In this document: in pieces, positions 1 through 14,100 of the stretch
Numbering within the stretch: the stretch's first letter is position 1
Layout of the letters: each line of letters starts with the position of its first letter
Source of the DNA: Octopus sinensis
Taxonomy: Eukaryota
Assembly (NCBI RefSeq): GCF_006345805.1
Contig: NC_043003.1
Location: 110,360,001-110,424,000, forward strand
Length of the DNA stretch: 64,000 nt
Direction of reading: 5' to 3'
Made by a program: the position numbers and the translations under genes
The notes under the pieces: generated by a model
The model's database searches: none
Told to the model about the DNA's origin: nothing
The model's input: only the letters and a program-made list of their open reading frames with translations

Positions 1-359
1 ATCTAACATTATGTAGTGTATATAAGACCACTTGCCAAAATCAGAACTACTGTGTAAATGTGGTTATCGATGTAAGGCAAATATGTAAAACAAAATCAAT
101 CAGTTATTAATGTTGCCACATGTTTATGTTCAAATGTTAGTAAGAGATTACGAAGAATATATAAAAGTTGTTATTTAATTGAGTTAATGCGTGCATTGAT
201 AATTCTCAATTTAGGTGTAATAGATATAGGTATAATCATAATTGGTAGCGTAGTTAAGTAAACGTTTTGGTAGGAGGGAGTTATATTAGTGTTCATAGTT
301 CATGAATTAAAGAGTTCATAGGAATTTTTCAGTTAGAGGCATAAGTTATAAATCAATTA

Positions 360-2880
360 AATTTAGAAAATACATATTTTCCCGCATGGGTACAAGAAGT
401 ACTTTTCTCTGTTCTTAAGTTAATTAGGGTATTCCTAGAGGAAAAAAAGCCTCCATGATGCAACGATTGCATTTTGTTGCCTTTGATTTGATAAGACGTT
501 GCAGAAGCAAAGATATCACATATGATTTCCAATTCAATGTTATCAATTAATTCCTGTATAAATTGACTTAATCCGGTGGAGTTGATTTTTCTGCTTATTT
601 TTAAAAGAATGGATATGGTTGGCCATGCGAATCTTTATTTTCATTCGAGCCTATATAAAATATTTTTTACCCTGAGCTATAACTGTGCAATGATAGATTA
701 TATTTCTTTTCTTATATGGATTCTTCAATTTACAATTAGTTTTAAATTTACAGTGACAATTTTTATAAATGTTGTTATGTGGGTAACTATTAGAAGAATT
801 GATATGAATGGAGTTAATATGGGTTATTATGGTTCCATTATTATTAGAGTCCATTATTATTAGAGTTATTAAAGTTTGGGAGATTTTCTAGATTTATCGT
901 CATGGGTATTTCTATTGGTGAAGAAATTATTTAATTTCATGTTGTTAATTGATGATATAATTGTAAATAACTTAGGAGTTAGGCTAAAACCAATCCTGAC
1001 ATTATTGTGGTTTATTATTTCAATATATCTATTATCAATGTGAAAATATTTACAAATTTTCGTAATTATAGATTTAACAATATTATTGTAAAGTTCCATT
1101 GCATATGGAATAATTAGCCAAATTTTATTAGATTTATCATAGTGATTATTAGTTATAGGTATTTTGAAATCCCTTTTTAGATTTGTTAGAGGTTATTAAA
1201 TAGGCATTCAGTTTAATATAATTATTCAGAGCATTATATAAATTAGCAGTGGTGCTGGCATTAGAGTAATGATTTTATTATTCATGTCAATATGTTTATA
1301 TAATTGAGGAGATCATTATAATTGTGAACTGATTGTTTATTATTCTTTTTATTTATCTTGGGTTTATGAGATAATTTAATATTGGCAGTTTTTATATTAT
1401 TATATTTGCTATTATGAGGCTGATTTGGAATAATTTTGGGTTTCTTACCATTACCAATAGCTGATTTATATATAGGTGGATTATTGGTTATATTTTCATT
1501 TCCACTTATATTATAGTTATGGTGGTATCAAATGTTTATTGTCATTAATGTTGTTTGGTCGATCGTATTTCCTTTTTCCCCTATATCTAGCGTTTACTAG
1601 GACTGTGTTGTAGTAATCCACGTGACTATCAAATACTTCCTCGTTACAAGATAAATAGGATAGTCTGTTACCAATGTTGGAAGCTAGTGCATATTTAATT
1701 GATCTTGGATGATCACTTTGGAAGTTAATGTAGCTTAAATTAGAATTAGATTTTTGAAAAGGTTCATGCAATCTGGTTGTTAGATTGAAATTAACGTCCA
1801 AAAAGTGAATCGATTATCCTTGTTAATAGAAATAGAAAGACATTGCCTTTTCAAAAATTTGTAAAATCTTTTCGTAAGTAATACTAATTTGGTATCGTAT
1901 GCATTTTTCATGATGAACAGTGCATCATCCCTGTATAACCCACCGCTCATTTCCGGAAATTCATCATGGAGGTCGAACAAAAGATAAATTCCAACAAGAC
2001 CAGTCAATTGGGCAGAGTCTGCGTCACCAATTGTGATATGAAAGCAATTCAGAGTATCCTTTCTTGTCCAAACTTTATTGTCATAATTTACGGGTCGTTG
2101 GGATACCATTAATTTCGTTTCTGCTAAAGTTAATATGTTTCTTTGCAAAAAGAATGACACTATTTAATATGATAAAGTCGATAGAAAAATAATAGTTGCC
2201 AATGTCTATTTTTAAGAATTTATGTTTGCCCTTACTTGGAATTTTAATAAACCAGCTAACCGCATTTTGAGTGATAGATCATAGTTCTTTATAAGTATGG
2301 ATATATTGATCTAGAATTATTACCGAGGTTATATTTATGGTCTTTCAGTGTTATCCGATGTCTGATCCGTACGAATAATTCAGACGCGATATTCAGAATT
2401 TCCCTTTTTGTATCTAAATTAATTGTTTTAAGTATATTTTTGTGAAATATTTTGTATATTTTTGCGATTTCATTTTTCATAGGTCATGATATGTATCTAT
2501 GCTAAGGTATTATTCATTATCAGTTTTATCAGAAGGCGCAATAATTCCATCTTTGGTTTTTAGGTCACGCAGTTTCCTCTGGTATGTATTTCTTCTAAGT
2601 GGGTTTTTGATAAATTAAGTATTTTTGATGATGGTCAAAATTTCTTGCTCAAATGCATCAAGTTGGTAGTTAGTTTGCGGGATTTTCTTGGTTTTCAAGC
2701 TTCTAGATATGTTCCCCATTTCTCTATTGACAGTTAAATTCTGTGTATCTTGTTTATCATCAAAGTACAAAGCTCGCCATCTTTGTCTGTGGAAGAATTC
2801 ATTGTTTTTTTCCCCTCTGAAGATATTATGCTCAGGGCATATGAATTTAATATTCAATTAATTCCATGAGCTTTAATTGA
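360..2880 (-). mobile_element. Decayed Penelope-like retroelement (RT plus C-terminal GIY-YIG endonuclease), possibly Naiad-like
   Basis: Collinear minus-strand ORF fragments give RWRALYF (N-terminus), APSDKT, ITLKDHK, IGDADSAQLTGLVGIYLL..GLYRDD (RT core) and FNLTT..EPFQKSN..YINFQSDHP (thumb). They continue as NCHCKFKTNC..IIYHCTV..KYFI*..RMANHIHSF (GIY-YIG-like) and end in LRTEKSTSCTH. There are multiple stops and frameshifts. Clade assignment is from memory of motif style. Confidence 0.85.
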
Positions 2881-3095
2881 AACAGCTCTAAGTGAGGATG
2901 TTTGATTTGATATTAATAATAAACAATTATTAACCTCCCAATATTCATTTTCTTGTTCTTCTTTTATATAAATATATGGTAATTTTATACATCTATACCT
3001 ATTATTTTAAAGAAATCTATTCCCCCCAAATATTAGGTATTGATCCAGTATTACTTTGGATGACACCATCCCTTCATGAGGCTACATAATCTCTA

Positions 3096-3131
<36 letters not shown>

Positions 3132-3132
<1 letters not shown>

Positions 3133-4004
3133 GTGGTCTGTTCAATAAGTATCCTGACTGTTGTCCTTGTAACAAAGCTAAAACACGCAGAGTAAAGCTG
3201 CTTGGCCTTGATTGAACTTGAAACCTTCTGTGCATGCGCTTACTTCCGCTGTTTACCGTAGTCCTCGGATGGAAAGTGTATAGCGTGTGATCGTTGCATT
3301 GAACATAACAGAGAAATTTGAGCAGAGCGTCTGCATCAAATTTTGACAAAAGCTTGGTGATACCTGTTCATAGACCCATGCAAAATTTTCAAAAGGTTTC
3401 CATCGTTCACGACATAATGAAGGGGATCTTGTGCAACTGAATCCCGAGTGTCTTTTCGGTCAGCTGAAAGCTCTTTTGGCACAAATCTGGCAGACAGTCA
3501 TCTCATACAACAAATTCAATGATAATGGACTGAACTGAACCGTAACTAATCTGCACATCCTCTTATAACTCACGGATGGGGGTTTTAACGATTTTCCCAC
3601 AAGGTTGCGCGCACATTTGCGTTGTTTTTCCTAAGCTCTGATGTTTCCGGGTCTGCCTCAAGGTTATTCAATATTGACATTTTTCTGCCATCTTGGAAAC
3701 ATCTGAATCAGTTGTTCACTTGTGTGTGGCTCATGCACTCCTCTCCATACTCTTTCTGCAACTTTGCCCTGGCATCTGCGTATGTATCGCCATGACAACT
3801 TTCTTCGATATGGTCAATGCGACGATCACATGTTACACACCTTCTTACCATACACCGCTGTAGAAAGAGAAGCGAGCTAAAACGTTAAAACTTAATTCAT
3901 TTGCACATCAGAGTCCGTGGTGAATCTGTTCCAAGTGGCTTCACTCTGTGTGCTTTAGGGTTGTTACTACGGCAACAATGCGGATAATTCTTGATCAGAC
4001 CGCG
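3132..4004. mobile_element. Mariner-derived element made of two inverted 5' ends
   Basis: TA|CGTGGTCTGTTCAATAAGTATCC at left and its related inverse GGATAATTCTTGATCAGACCGCG|TA at right. The plus strand gives TEKFEQSVCIKF..KLG. The minus strand gives KLQKEYGEECMSHTQV..ISYGSVQSII..ARFVPKELS, a mariner transposase N-terminus. Confidence 0.75.
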
Positions 4005-4014
4005 TATACATCCA

Positions 4015-4150
4015 AGAGGTTTCCGTCTACCAAATCTACTCACAAGGCTTTTATCGACCCGAGGCTATAATAGAAGATACTTTCTAAAGGTGGTATGCAG
4101 TGGGAATGGACCCGGAACCATGTGGTGTGGAAGCAATTTCTTACCCCACA
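4015..4150 (-). mobile_element. 5' fragment of tRNA-derived SINE (octopus OK-type)
   Basis: Homologous to the head of the fuller copy at 29296-29710 (TTTCCGTCTACCAAATC.ACTCACAAGGC...ACCCGGAACCATGTGG). Confidence 0.7.
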
Positions 4151-4774
4151 GGTATAGGTACATAGATGTTTTTTTATAATCTATGCGAGTAAAAGCACCA
4201 AGTGTCTATTTTAAACCATTATATTTGAGCTTACTCAGTTGATGTCTCATCGCTGCTCTAGTTTGCCGTGCTTTCTAGTTTCATCATTCGGTGGTGATTT
4301 TGTAATGATAAAATCATTCGTAAAACCCCATCCCAAGAAAAGATGTCACCAATCCATAACCATTTAAAGAGATAGCTCCGATCACATTTTACCTTTACAT
4401 AAATTATGTTAACATGTAAAAGATAGACATAATTTGAATTCGAGTAGTGAAGACTGCCAGATGCTAAAGGCATTTGGGCAAATATCCATTTCATTAGAAG
4501 CATCGAAATTAATGTAACATCTACCTTAATTTTAAATTATAATTCTAAGTACTATAAACGTATATTCTATGTGTGAAATTTGATGATCCTATCCACAGAT
4601 GTGAATATTGGTCTCCGGTGTACCAATTGTATGATTCATACATAAGCAATATAAATGGAAATAGATGTCTTCTTCGTATAGGTAGAATTATAGTCTCAAG
4701 ACACATACAGCATACTTCAATTATGAGTCAGAAGTATCTTAATCCCTACTGCGAATATCACACACACGCACACG

Positions 4775-4807
<33 letters not shown>

Positions 4808-4844
4808 GTATCAACCGATTTGTAGATAGATAAGGCAATTAAAG

Positions 4845-5164
4845 ACTCCGCCGGTTACGAGGACGAGGGTCCCAGCTGATACGATCAACGGAACAGCTTG
4901 CTCGTGAAATTAACGTGCAAATGGCTGAGCATTCCACAGACACGTGTACCCTTAACGTAGTTCTCGGGGATAATCAGCGTGACACAGAGAGTGACAAGGC
5001 TGGCCCTTTGAAATACAAGTACAACTCATTTTTGCCAGCTGAGTGGACTGGAGCAACGTGAAATAAAGTGTCTTGCTCAAGGACACAACGCGTCGCCGGG
5101 AATCGAACTCACAACCTTACGATCATGAGCCGAATGCCCTAACCACTAAGCCACGCGCCCTCAC
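4845..5164 (-). mobile_element. Full-length tRNA-derived SINE with 17-bp target-site duplication
   Basis: The minus-strand head has A-box TGGCTTAGTGG and B-box GAGTTCGATTCC, followed by TTGTGTCCTTGAGCAAGACACT. AGATAAGGCAATTAAAG is repeated at 4828-4844 and 5165-5181. Confidence 0.92.
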
Positions 5165-6099
5165 AGATAAGGCAATTAAAGTAGATATAAATCTTTTCTC
5201 CTTTTCAATGAGATAAAATTTTGAAGTAAAGCGTTACAAAATTATATTATTTTCAGGTTTTGTGCAATCTACAGCTCCAATATTCATTGACAATATATCA
5301 ATGACGAATGCGCTTAATACAGAGAGGAATACGGTTAATACGTAACTAATTTCGAAGTATTTGAAGGTAATTTATTTTGTTTTTGTTTGAGAAACAATGT
5401 AATGTTTCCTCACCCCTATTCAAATTATGCGTTTAGATATCAGAGTTTACATATAAGTTGTAACTATTCCTACAGTCATCCATTGTACAGTTTTACTTCT
5501 CCTGCTATTCTCTATGATACTGAGTCTGTGCTTACTCGTTTATCCTCACTAGCTAATACACTCGTACAGTGGTAGAGAAAGGAAAAGGAAGATACATATT
5601 TTGTACGTGAAATTTTACTGAAGATTTCGTTAATCTTATAAAATTTAAGTTTCTTTATATTTTCTATGGAACGTATATAACTTGCAACAGTTGCATACAT
5701 AGCTTCTGTCTTTTTCTACGACGAATATTTTAACTTGAATGGCAGTAAGATTTGATTTTACTTTTATATTCAAACCGAGATGATGATACATTAGTTTTTA
5801 TGCATGGTGTTGACCCTGAATTACCGAAGCATGTGTATCTGTTTTTAAAAAGAGTTTCCGTTCATGATTAACTTAATGAAAAAGGGAGATGAGCATAACA
5901 GTAAAAGACATTCGTGAACTATTTCTAGCAGTATATATACTGGACGTTTATTAGGTTTTAAGAGCAACACATGTACACACACACACACGCACGTACACAC
6001 ACACAAACACACACACATACACATATGTTTTTCCTAACAACGTTTGGCCCCATATTGCTTAATAATTGTTGAGATATTTCTTCCTCTTAATGAAAACAT

Positions 6100-6835
6100 T
6101 GGTATCTTGTTAAACCACGAATAAACAACATTTCGCACCGAATGCAGTGTTCGGCACTCATTCTCGCACTTCAATAATAATCTATATAAATATATGTACA
6201 AGATGGCCGTCCACTCGTGGCCATGGAAGACCATTGCTGACCTTTAGGAACATTGTGCGCTTTAGAACTAACTTATATTTTGCATTTGCGGCTCTGTTGG
6301 TGGTTCTCGACAATCATACACGACTGCAAACATTTGAAAACCAAGCTTTCCCCATTCACTACGCTAGCACTGCGCTAACGAGAGTAGCACGCTTAAAATC
6401 TTCATGAAGAATACGTGCATTTTCAAAGGTGTCAACATCCTCCTTAACCTGTGATGACAGGTATTGCTCTTCCAGTCGGTTTCCCGCATATAACAGGTCT
6501 TTAATGACTTAACACACTCCTTAAATCGCAGCCTTCGTTTCTGCCGGAGTCCCTTTCCACTAACAAGTTCCCCATATAGCATCTGTTTTGTGATCATACT
6601 ATTCTTCAATCTAATAAGGTGTCAAATTCAACATAACAGGTGCTTGTGCACAATCGCCTCAATTCTCAAGATACTAGGTTTCCTCGAGACCAATGTGTCT
6701 GGTGTTTTTAACGTCCAGTCAACAGTCTCTGATGGTAGCGTTCAAGAACCTTTGCAATGACGTTTGTAAATGGTCCATTTCTCACATGCGTAAAGGAGCG
6801 ATGTCAGTATACATACACGGTGCACAGCAATTATA
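6100..6835 (-). mobile_element. RTE-clade LINE 3' fragment (decayed RT C-terminus)
   Basis: IAVHRVCILTSLLYACEKWTIYKRH and ITKQMLYGELVSGK..RLRFKECVK..L..C match RTE RT C-terminal motifs (LLYG.E.WT; PKQLLYGEL..G.R). Confidence 0.75.
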
Positions 6836-6849
6836 ATATATAATACATA

Positions 6850-7143
6850 AATACGTACATATATACATACATACCTACACACACATATAAATATACGTAT
6901 GTATGTATGTATGTATGTATGTATGTATGTATGTATGTATGTATGTATGTATGCATGCATGCATGTATGTATGTATGTATGTATGTATGTATGTATGTAT
7001 GTATGCTAATATCGAATAGTGAGAATGAGTGTTCAACATTGCAGCGGGGGTTAAACGTTTATTTGTGCGTTATAAGTCTACAAACGCTTTCTTGTTGAGG
7101 AAGAAATATCTCAACAATTATTGAGAATACATACAAACATACA

Positions 7144-7179
<36 letters not shown>

Positions 7180-7195
7180 TGTGTGTATATATACA

Positions 7196-7280
<85 letters not shown>

Positions 7281-7310
7281 GCATGTATGTATTTATGTAT
7301 GTATGTATCA
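6850..7310. repeat. Compound microsatellites (TATG)n, (ACAT)n, (CT)n, (TA)n
   Basis: Directly visible; explains the overlapping YVCM/HTYI pseudo-ORFs. Confidence 0.95.
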
Positions 7311-8547
7311 ATATATATCTTGCTCTCACTCTTTAGTAGCAAATGTATGAACACACACACACATAAAAAAATTGTATATAAATGCACCTATATATTTATC
7401 CATCTGAATGAAGCGTAGAGAGGCCCGTATAAGTTATATGAATCATATAAATTATATTAAGGTCCACAACATGTTAACTGCCCCCCTCTACTTGTATGCT
7501 GTTGTCAAACTTATTCTTCTAATTATTGAAATTACGCTTGCGAAACTATTCGCTCTATTATTCTCTTTGTAAATATCAATTTCCACTTATCTTAGAAAAC
7601 CTTGTTAACTCATGTTCTGTTCATCAGTTCTAAAGTTACATAAATATTCTTTTGCAATCAATCTGTTTTCATCAGGAGACATGATGTTTTCTCCTTTCGC
7701 ATGAAAATTGAATTCAACCTGAAATTAATCGTAATTTCATCGCATTTCGTTTTGATGTTTGTTAATGTTGGCCGCTATATTTTTTTTCTTTTATTGCACT
7801 GCTTAACAATAGAAATTTCCTTGTGTTTAGCTTTGTTTATATACATGATTCAAAATATAAGGAACTACCTGAATTATCAAAGTGTGTGCAATTGCCCAAT
7901 TTCTTTACATTGATACACTGATTGTAGTTATGCAAATTGAAAACCTTCAGGTATAGCACCTAATCAAAAGTTCTTCTCTGAGATGTTATAGAGAAAGACT
8001 CATTGTTTTCCTGAATATGAAAATAATTCTTTTTCTGATTTTAACAAATGAATCTCCTCAACTTTTACCTATCACTTGCCGAGCGATTTATACCATTCAG
8101 CACTTCATCACTTACCTCAAGTAATCAGTATACAAGTTGATACGAATGGAACATTCCACAAAGAATTTTCTCTCTCTTGGCTATAGTTGTAGTTGTTTTA
8201 AACCTAAAATACCCTGATCAAATGTATTCCATGTTGATTATAACGTTTTGTACGGATATCTAAAGACAAAATAATCTAAAATATCACCCTTCATTTATAG
8301 CTTATATGTTTCCATTTGACTGAACTTCTTCTTCGAGCTTTAGTTGCGTTTAACTTGTACTCTAAAGATACAATTACTTCTTGCTTTTTCCTTGTGTTAG
8401 TCATTTAGTATATTTCTGCGTTAAAATGAGGCTGAGCACTTTTGCATCTCCTTTCCTACTCCAACTACAGTAGTGTCACATTGCTCTTGTGAATATTTTC
8501 CACTGCACTCCAATGTAGTTATATATGCATGCAGAAACGGACCTTCA

Positions 8548-8548
<1 letters not shown>

Positions 8549-8596
<48 letters not shown>

Positions 8597-8611
8597 TCAC
8601 ACACACACACA

Positions 8612-8662
<51 letters not shown>
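8549..8662. repeat. (CA)n microsatellite
   Basis: Directly visible. Confidence 0.95.
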
Positions 8663-8667
<5 letters not shown>

Positions 8668-8811
8668 AGAAATTTAGCTAGCCAACTCGATAGCCGTCGG
8701 TGGGCCGATTGTTTGTCATCTTTCAATACTTTTTGTGTTTTTTAATTCAGCACATTGACACTCATCGCAATAATTCTAAGAGAAATGTTTCCCACTCAAC
8801 GTAATAATGGT

Positions 8812-8935
8812 TTCAAATATTGGCACAAGGCCAGCAATTTTAGGTGAGGGGATAAGTCGATTCGACCCCAGTACTCTATGGGCATATAATATGTCGACTC
8901 GAAAGAATGAATGGCAAATAGACCTCCACGGAAAT
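8812..8935 (-). mobile_element. SINE 3' fragment (family of 54908-55141)
   Basis: TGGCACAAGGCCAGCAATTTT..GTCGATT..CGACCCCAGT..CGA..CGAAAGAATGAA is shared with the copies at 16845, 17215 and 43365. Confidence 0.7.
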
Positions 8936-10051
8936 TGTATTTAGGTGGTAGCAATTCTGACATCTCACCTCTTTCCTCCATTCTAAGCAATAATCAAATT
9001 AAATCATATTCGGCTTGATAAGGAGAACGTTTTAAGTTTTAGTACCTCATATCTCTCGTCGTGTTCATATCTTTCCTCTCCTACAATTAATGATTCAGTG
9101 GATCACGCTGAGAATAGTTACTGGTGGCTAGCTATGCTTTAAAGATATGAACATTACGAGGATCGTGTATGTTGATATTGTAATTGCACAGTGTTTACTC
9201 TCTATTGTGACGAGTAACCAATGCTATGTTTTCACATTTAAGGAAACACTTTAGCAGGATTCATCTCGAGGAAACGGCGATAAATATTAGAAGAAAACAT
9301 TTAAAACATATAAATGATGATGGTGATCATGACTAAGATAAGGATTGAGGGTAGGCGGTGGACCTTGAATCATTAAGCAAAACCATCAGCGAAAAATGAT
9401 AGTGAAAATCAGAAATGAAAAATATAAAAATTGTAAGAGGAAGAGATAAAAATGTATTGATTACATTCTTGTGAATGACACGGCAGAAGAGAAATATATC
9501 GTTTTTCTGTGCATACCACTAGTACTACATGACATGTTAGCATATGAAATGGAAGGAGCGAAATATTATACCATTGGCTTTTATAACAAATATCTTCCAT
9601 ACTGAAAAACGATGGGTATTCGTTGTTGGCAAACACAGACTTTATTGAATCCTGTGCCAAGGGAACGAAGTTTCACCATACTAGGCTATTATGTTTTATT
9701 GAATGGAATCGAACGGTTTCAATAACGCATTATGGCAAAATAGAATAATTAAAATAAAAAGAGTACAAATATGTGAATGCATTGCAAAAATATTAACATC
9801 GAAATCATTTTCAGAAAAATTTTATGGACTTGCATTTCCTTTACGGCAAATGGAATCGGATTGACAAATTTTGTAAAATCTCACGAGTCATTGAAGTAAG
9901 AGTGCACCAAACTCACAAACCTGTATTCCTCAACCAAGTAATAAATGGTTGCAAGCAAACACTCACATTTATACATGCGTGAATGAACACACATAGAGTT
10001 ACAATTTAATACATTACCACGGACGCAATTTCAAACATACACATACACGCG

Positions 10052-10100
<49 letters not shown>

Positions 10101-10866
10101 AATACACAAATACACACACATACACATTACTTCTTAATATATTAGATTGAGACACATCACTTATGTGTAATTTTGTATGGGTTCCTGATTTGATGTTAGG
10201 AAAGATTTGGTGAGAAATTGCAGAAATATATAAAATTCAATTTCTAGAGTGAATTACTACCCTGTACATAAGATATGCGTAGCAACAGGCATTCATATAT
10301 ATGCTCAAAAAAGAAAATAAAAACTGTTTCCTGAACATAATGGATATTCAAGAACAATATAGATATTGCTTATAGTTTAATCCGGATGACAGAGGTTTGG
10401 GAAACAGACGATATATCAGAAGCCCTCCACGAGGTACAGATATATTGTTGTTGCGGAGACATATTGAGTTCTTTTGGGATTCAGTGATAAATTGTCTTCC
10501 CTATCAACCAGCCAGAACAAGAAACTGAGCGGGGTTGTGAACACTTCAACCAAGCTACAAATATTTACTGCTACTAAATCGCGAAAACAAAGACCGATGG
10601 AATAAGTACCCAGCCTGAGAAATTATCGAGTAATATTTTACTAGTTTCATCTTGTCTCTTTGTCTTCTCTCCGTGTTGCTATATGGAAAATTAAGGAGGT
10701 TTTAGAGTCAGATAATGATTGCTATTTTCAGCATGGTGGTATCTCGTAGGTACCCTAATTTATAATTTTAATAATTACTAGCAGAGATACCCGGCGTTGC
10801 CCGGTTACATCAATTGAAGAATTATACTTTTCTGTTATATATATATGGATACACACATACGCACAC

Positions 10867-10914
<48 letters not shown>

Positions 10915-11051
10915 TATATATATATGAGTGTGTATATTAATATAAATACATGAAAGTACATAAAGTTTGTTAAAAAAAAGGGGATCATGTATATACCTCC
11001 TGGCTGTTGAGATTATAACACCTCGTTGTAAACAATGTTCCTTGTTTTTCC

Positions 11052-13255
11052 TTATGGAGCATATACAAAAAGGTTTCTTTTGGTTCCTACGCTTGAGCAG
11101 CCAACATACAGTTGCCCATGCGAGAAGCAGGGCTCTTCCAAGAGAAGACCAGCTACAGAGAGGGCTTGACCCTGAGATTTGTTAATGGACATGGCAAAGC
11201 TGACACGAAGGTGGAATTGCAGTCTTCTGAATGTAGATGGAATTTCTGCTCCTGATGGAGTAAGAGGAATTCTTGGAATAAAGACGTCATCACCTTTTCC
11301 ACATCCAGAAAGAATGATCGCCTCGACAACGTGTGACATAACTTTCTTTATCACCAGTCGTGTTCCATTGCAAAGTCTTGTTGGTTCCAGATTGCGGAGT
11401 AGCATTACAGGAGTTCCAACTTTAAGCGCAAATATGTGTGGAGGTGGCCCAGGAGGCTCCAGTGAATTGAGAGATTCAGGAGGATAGTTCACAACTTCAT
11501 TTATATCTGGAATTGTATCAACAGGCTTGTAAGTGTGTATAGTGCCGGGAAGAGAATGCATTAGCTGTTGATTAATTTTGTTAGCAGCGACGTTTTTTGG
11601 AGCTAATATTGCTCTTTCACACAGCCAATTGTGATTTTGGTAGTTTTGTGTGAAGTTGGGAAAGACTTTGTTTTTGAGGTCATCTACAGAGGAAAATGAC
11701 CACACATCCATTTGTCCTGCAGTATCGAGAGGCATCTTGCCTTCACCAAGTGCCAAAATGTCCTGTGCAAACTTTGTGGACATTTCGTCGCCGTGTAGCT
11801 GAGCTCTCATGTTAGTGGTGAGACTGAGGATTGTAACATGATGCCACAAGGTAGAGGACTTTAGGTATGCTTGGACTTCATCTGCTCTAGTGCCTTTCGG
11901 AATGACAGGAAGAGTTTGCCTGAAATCACCTAACAACAGAAGCGTTACACCTCCCATTGGAGCCTGAAAGTCTCGGATGTCTATCAGGGCTCTATCTAAT
12001 GCTTCCAAAGCTCCTTTGTGAGCCATAGTGCACTCATCCCAGACAATTAGATGACACATTTTAAGTACCTGTCCCTGATCTGAGCTTTTGTTGATGTTGC
12101 ATGAAGGCATTTCGGATGCTGCGAAATTGAGAGGGAGTTTAAAAGTTGAGTGTACTGTCCTGCAACCGGGTAACAAAGTAGCTGCAATGCCAGAGGAGGC
12201 TACAGCTACTGCAATATCCTGATGCTGCCTAACTTCTGCAAGGAGGAGCTTTGTAATAAATGTCTTTCCTGTCCCTCCAGGAGCATCGAGGAAGAAGATT
12301 CGTCTCTCGCGTTGGCGTACACTGTTAAGAATAGATCTGTAGGCCTGCAGCTGGTCCGGAAGTAATTTAGGCTAATTTTCAACAATGTTCTTTGAAAGCG
12401 CTTGAGCGTCGTAGGTTGTTTAACGAATGACAGCAGTGGGAAGGCTATTTGACCCTGACCTGAATGTCTGTGCCAGGCCATACGTCGACAATTCATTTCC
12501 ACCAAGTTTAACAAATCTGTCTTCAATGTCAATGAGTGTTTTGTTATTGATTTCATTGCTGATACCCTCCATGTCAGGATAGAGCAGTTGAGCTTGGCGC
12601 TGAAAGTCTTCAGCCAGGTAGTCTCTATATTTGAGCCATAGAGTGGCCGGATCACACAGTTCGCATGCCTGCAGTAATACTGAAAATAGTGCCCTGAGAC
12701 TTTTAGGTGATTGTGATAAAGCAGCCTCTCCTAAAGTTGCATCCCATTGTGCACCATCTTCTAACAGACCTTGTCGATAGCAGGCTTCTCTCTACGTTGT
12801 GCAGACATGTCCATGAACGGTTTTTAGGGCCTGGAAATACGTTGTCATCTGACCTCATGCAGTAGTAGACGAAGGTAGAAGCACTCTTGCTGAGTGGGAT
12901 GCACTGTGTATACTCGCCCAAGGCAAGTGTGAAACTTAATGCCAGGGTATCCATGAACATTTTGACCTGCTTTCCGTGGAGCCCAGTTTTTTCCATTCCA
13001 AGTGTAGTACGATGGAATCTGTGGATACAGCAAGGTTTGAGCGAATGGATCCACTTGACAAAGCTTGAAGTATACAGTGAGTGTGCTATCCCTTGCTTCC
13101 TCTGCCAACAGAGAAGCATTAGCATCGGTGAAGTACACTCTTTAACCATTTTCCAGGTGCATTGAAAGCTGTTGAATGGCGGGGTGTCGTTGGTAAATTG
13201 GAAAGCCAAAGATGCGCCAGAAAGCCTCGTTGCTACTTATGTACCGTCCCACGTA
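11052..13255 (-). pseudogene. Helitron RepHel C-terminal half: PIF1-family SF1 helicase
   Basis: Motifs seen: GRYISSNEAFWRIFGFPI, LGRVYTVHP..ECFYLRLLL, Walker A FFLDAPGGTGKTF, LIVWDECTM, LLGDFRQTLPV, LLRNL..LCNGTRL, FAMSINKSQGQ and HGQLYV. The frame is open from a TAG at 12372-12374 to 11052, with stops and frameshifts upstream. Motif VI reads GCSSV rather than ACSRV, and no HUH Rep motifs are seen. Confidence 0.93.
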
Positions 13256-13289
13256 TGCATATATATATATATATATATTTATGCCTGTA

Positions 13290-13420
13290 TATATGTACAA
13301 AACCCACTGAGAAGGCTTTTGCTAGACTGAGGCTACAGCAGAAGACACACACCAAGTCACCACACAGTGGGACTGAACCCAGGACCATGTGCTTGGAACG
13401 TAGTTTGTTACCACACACCC
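13290..13420 (-). mobile_element. SINE head fragment inserted in the Helitron
   Basis: CAGTGGGACTGAACCCAGGACCATGTG..TTACCACAC matches the 29.3-29.7 kb SINE head. Confidence 0.7.
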
Positions 13421-14027
13421 ACAACTGCCCATATGTATGTGTGTGTGTGTGCGTATGTGTGTATGGGTAGATATATTATGCATGTATATATGTGTATATA
13501 TATGTGTACATATTACATGTACATCTATATACATATATCTACACATAAAATACAAAATACAAAGTTATATCTTGATATCGTTAGTGATAACAATACTGAA
13601 AATATATAACAGACAGGAATTGTAGGCCCGTCTCTTGCAATTTCTATCAACTGGATCTTGTCCTCCCTCTTGTAAAGAAGTGTACGGCTGCAGCGAAATT
13701 CATTAATGGACTTTCTTCTATCGAAGGCATTTTAACAAAAATGCTTCCGTAAAGACGGTGAAAATATTGTCAATTTCCCCAAACAGGGACACAATTCAAT
13801 TTTTAAACAATAACCAAATCCCCTTCTCCGAAAGGGGGAGGGTTACGGTTTACAATTATTTAACAAATGCAACACAACAACGTTTCCCTGACGAAGAACC
13901 AACAAACGTGATTACAATAGTCAAACATTAATAATAATAACAACAAACCTTTTTAATGTATCCCCATTTATGTGAAACCACTTATTCAAGTTCAAGTCAT
14001 TGATGCAATTTTATACGAATTGCTAAT

Positions 14028-14100
<73 letters not shown>

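Noticed and set aside
576-870. Selenocysteine-type TGA in the Penelope-like Cys-rich/GIY-YIG region (which I recall being reported for some Naiad elements)
   Set aside because: The Cys positions seen are ordinary codons, and the stops look like random decay.
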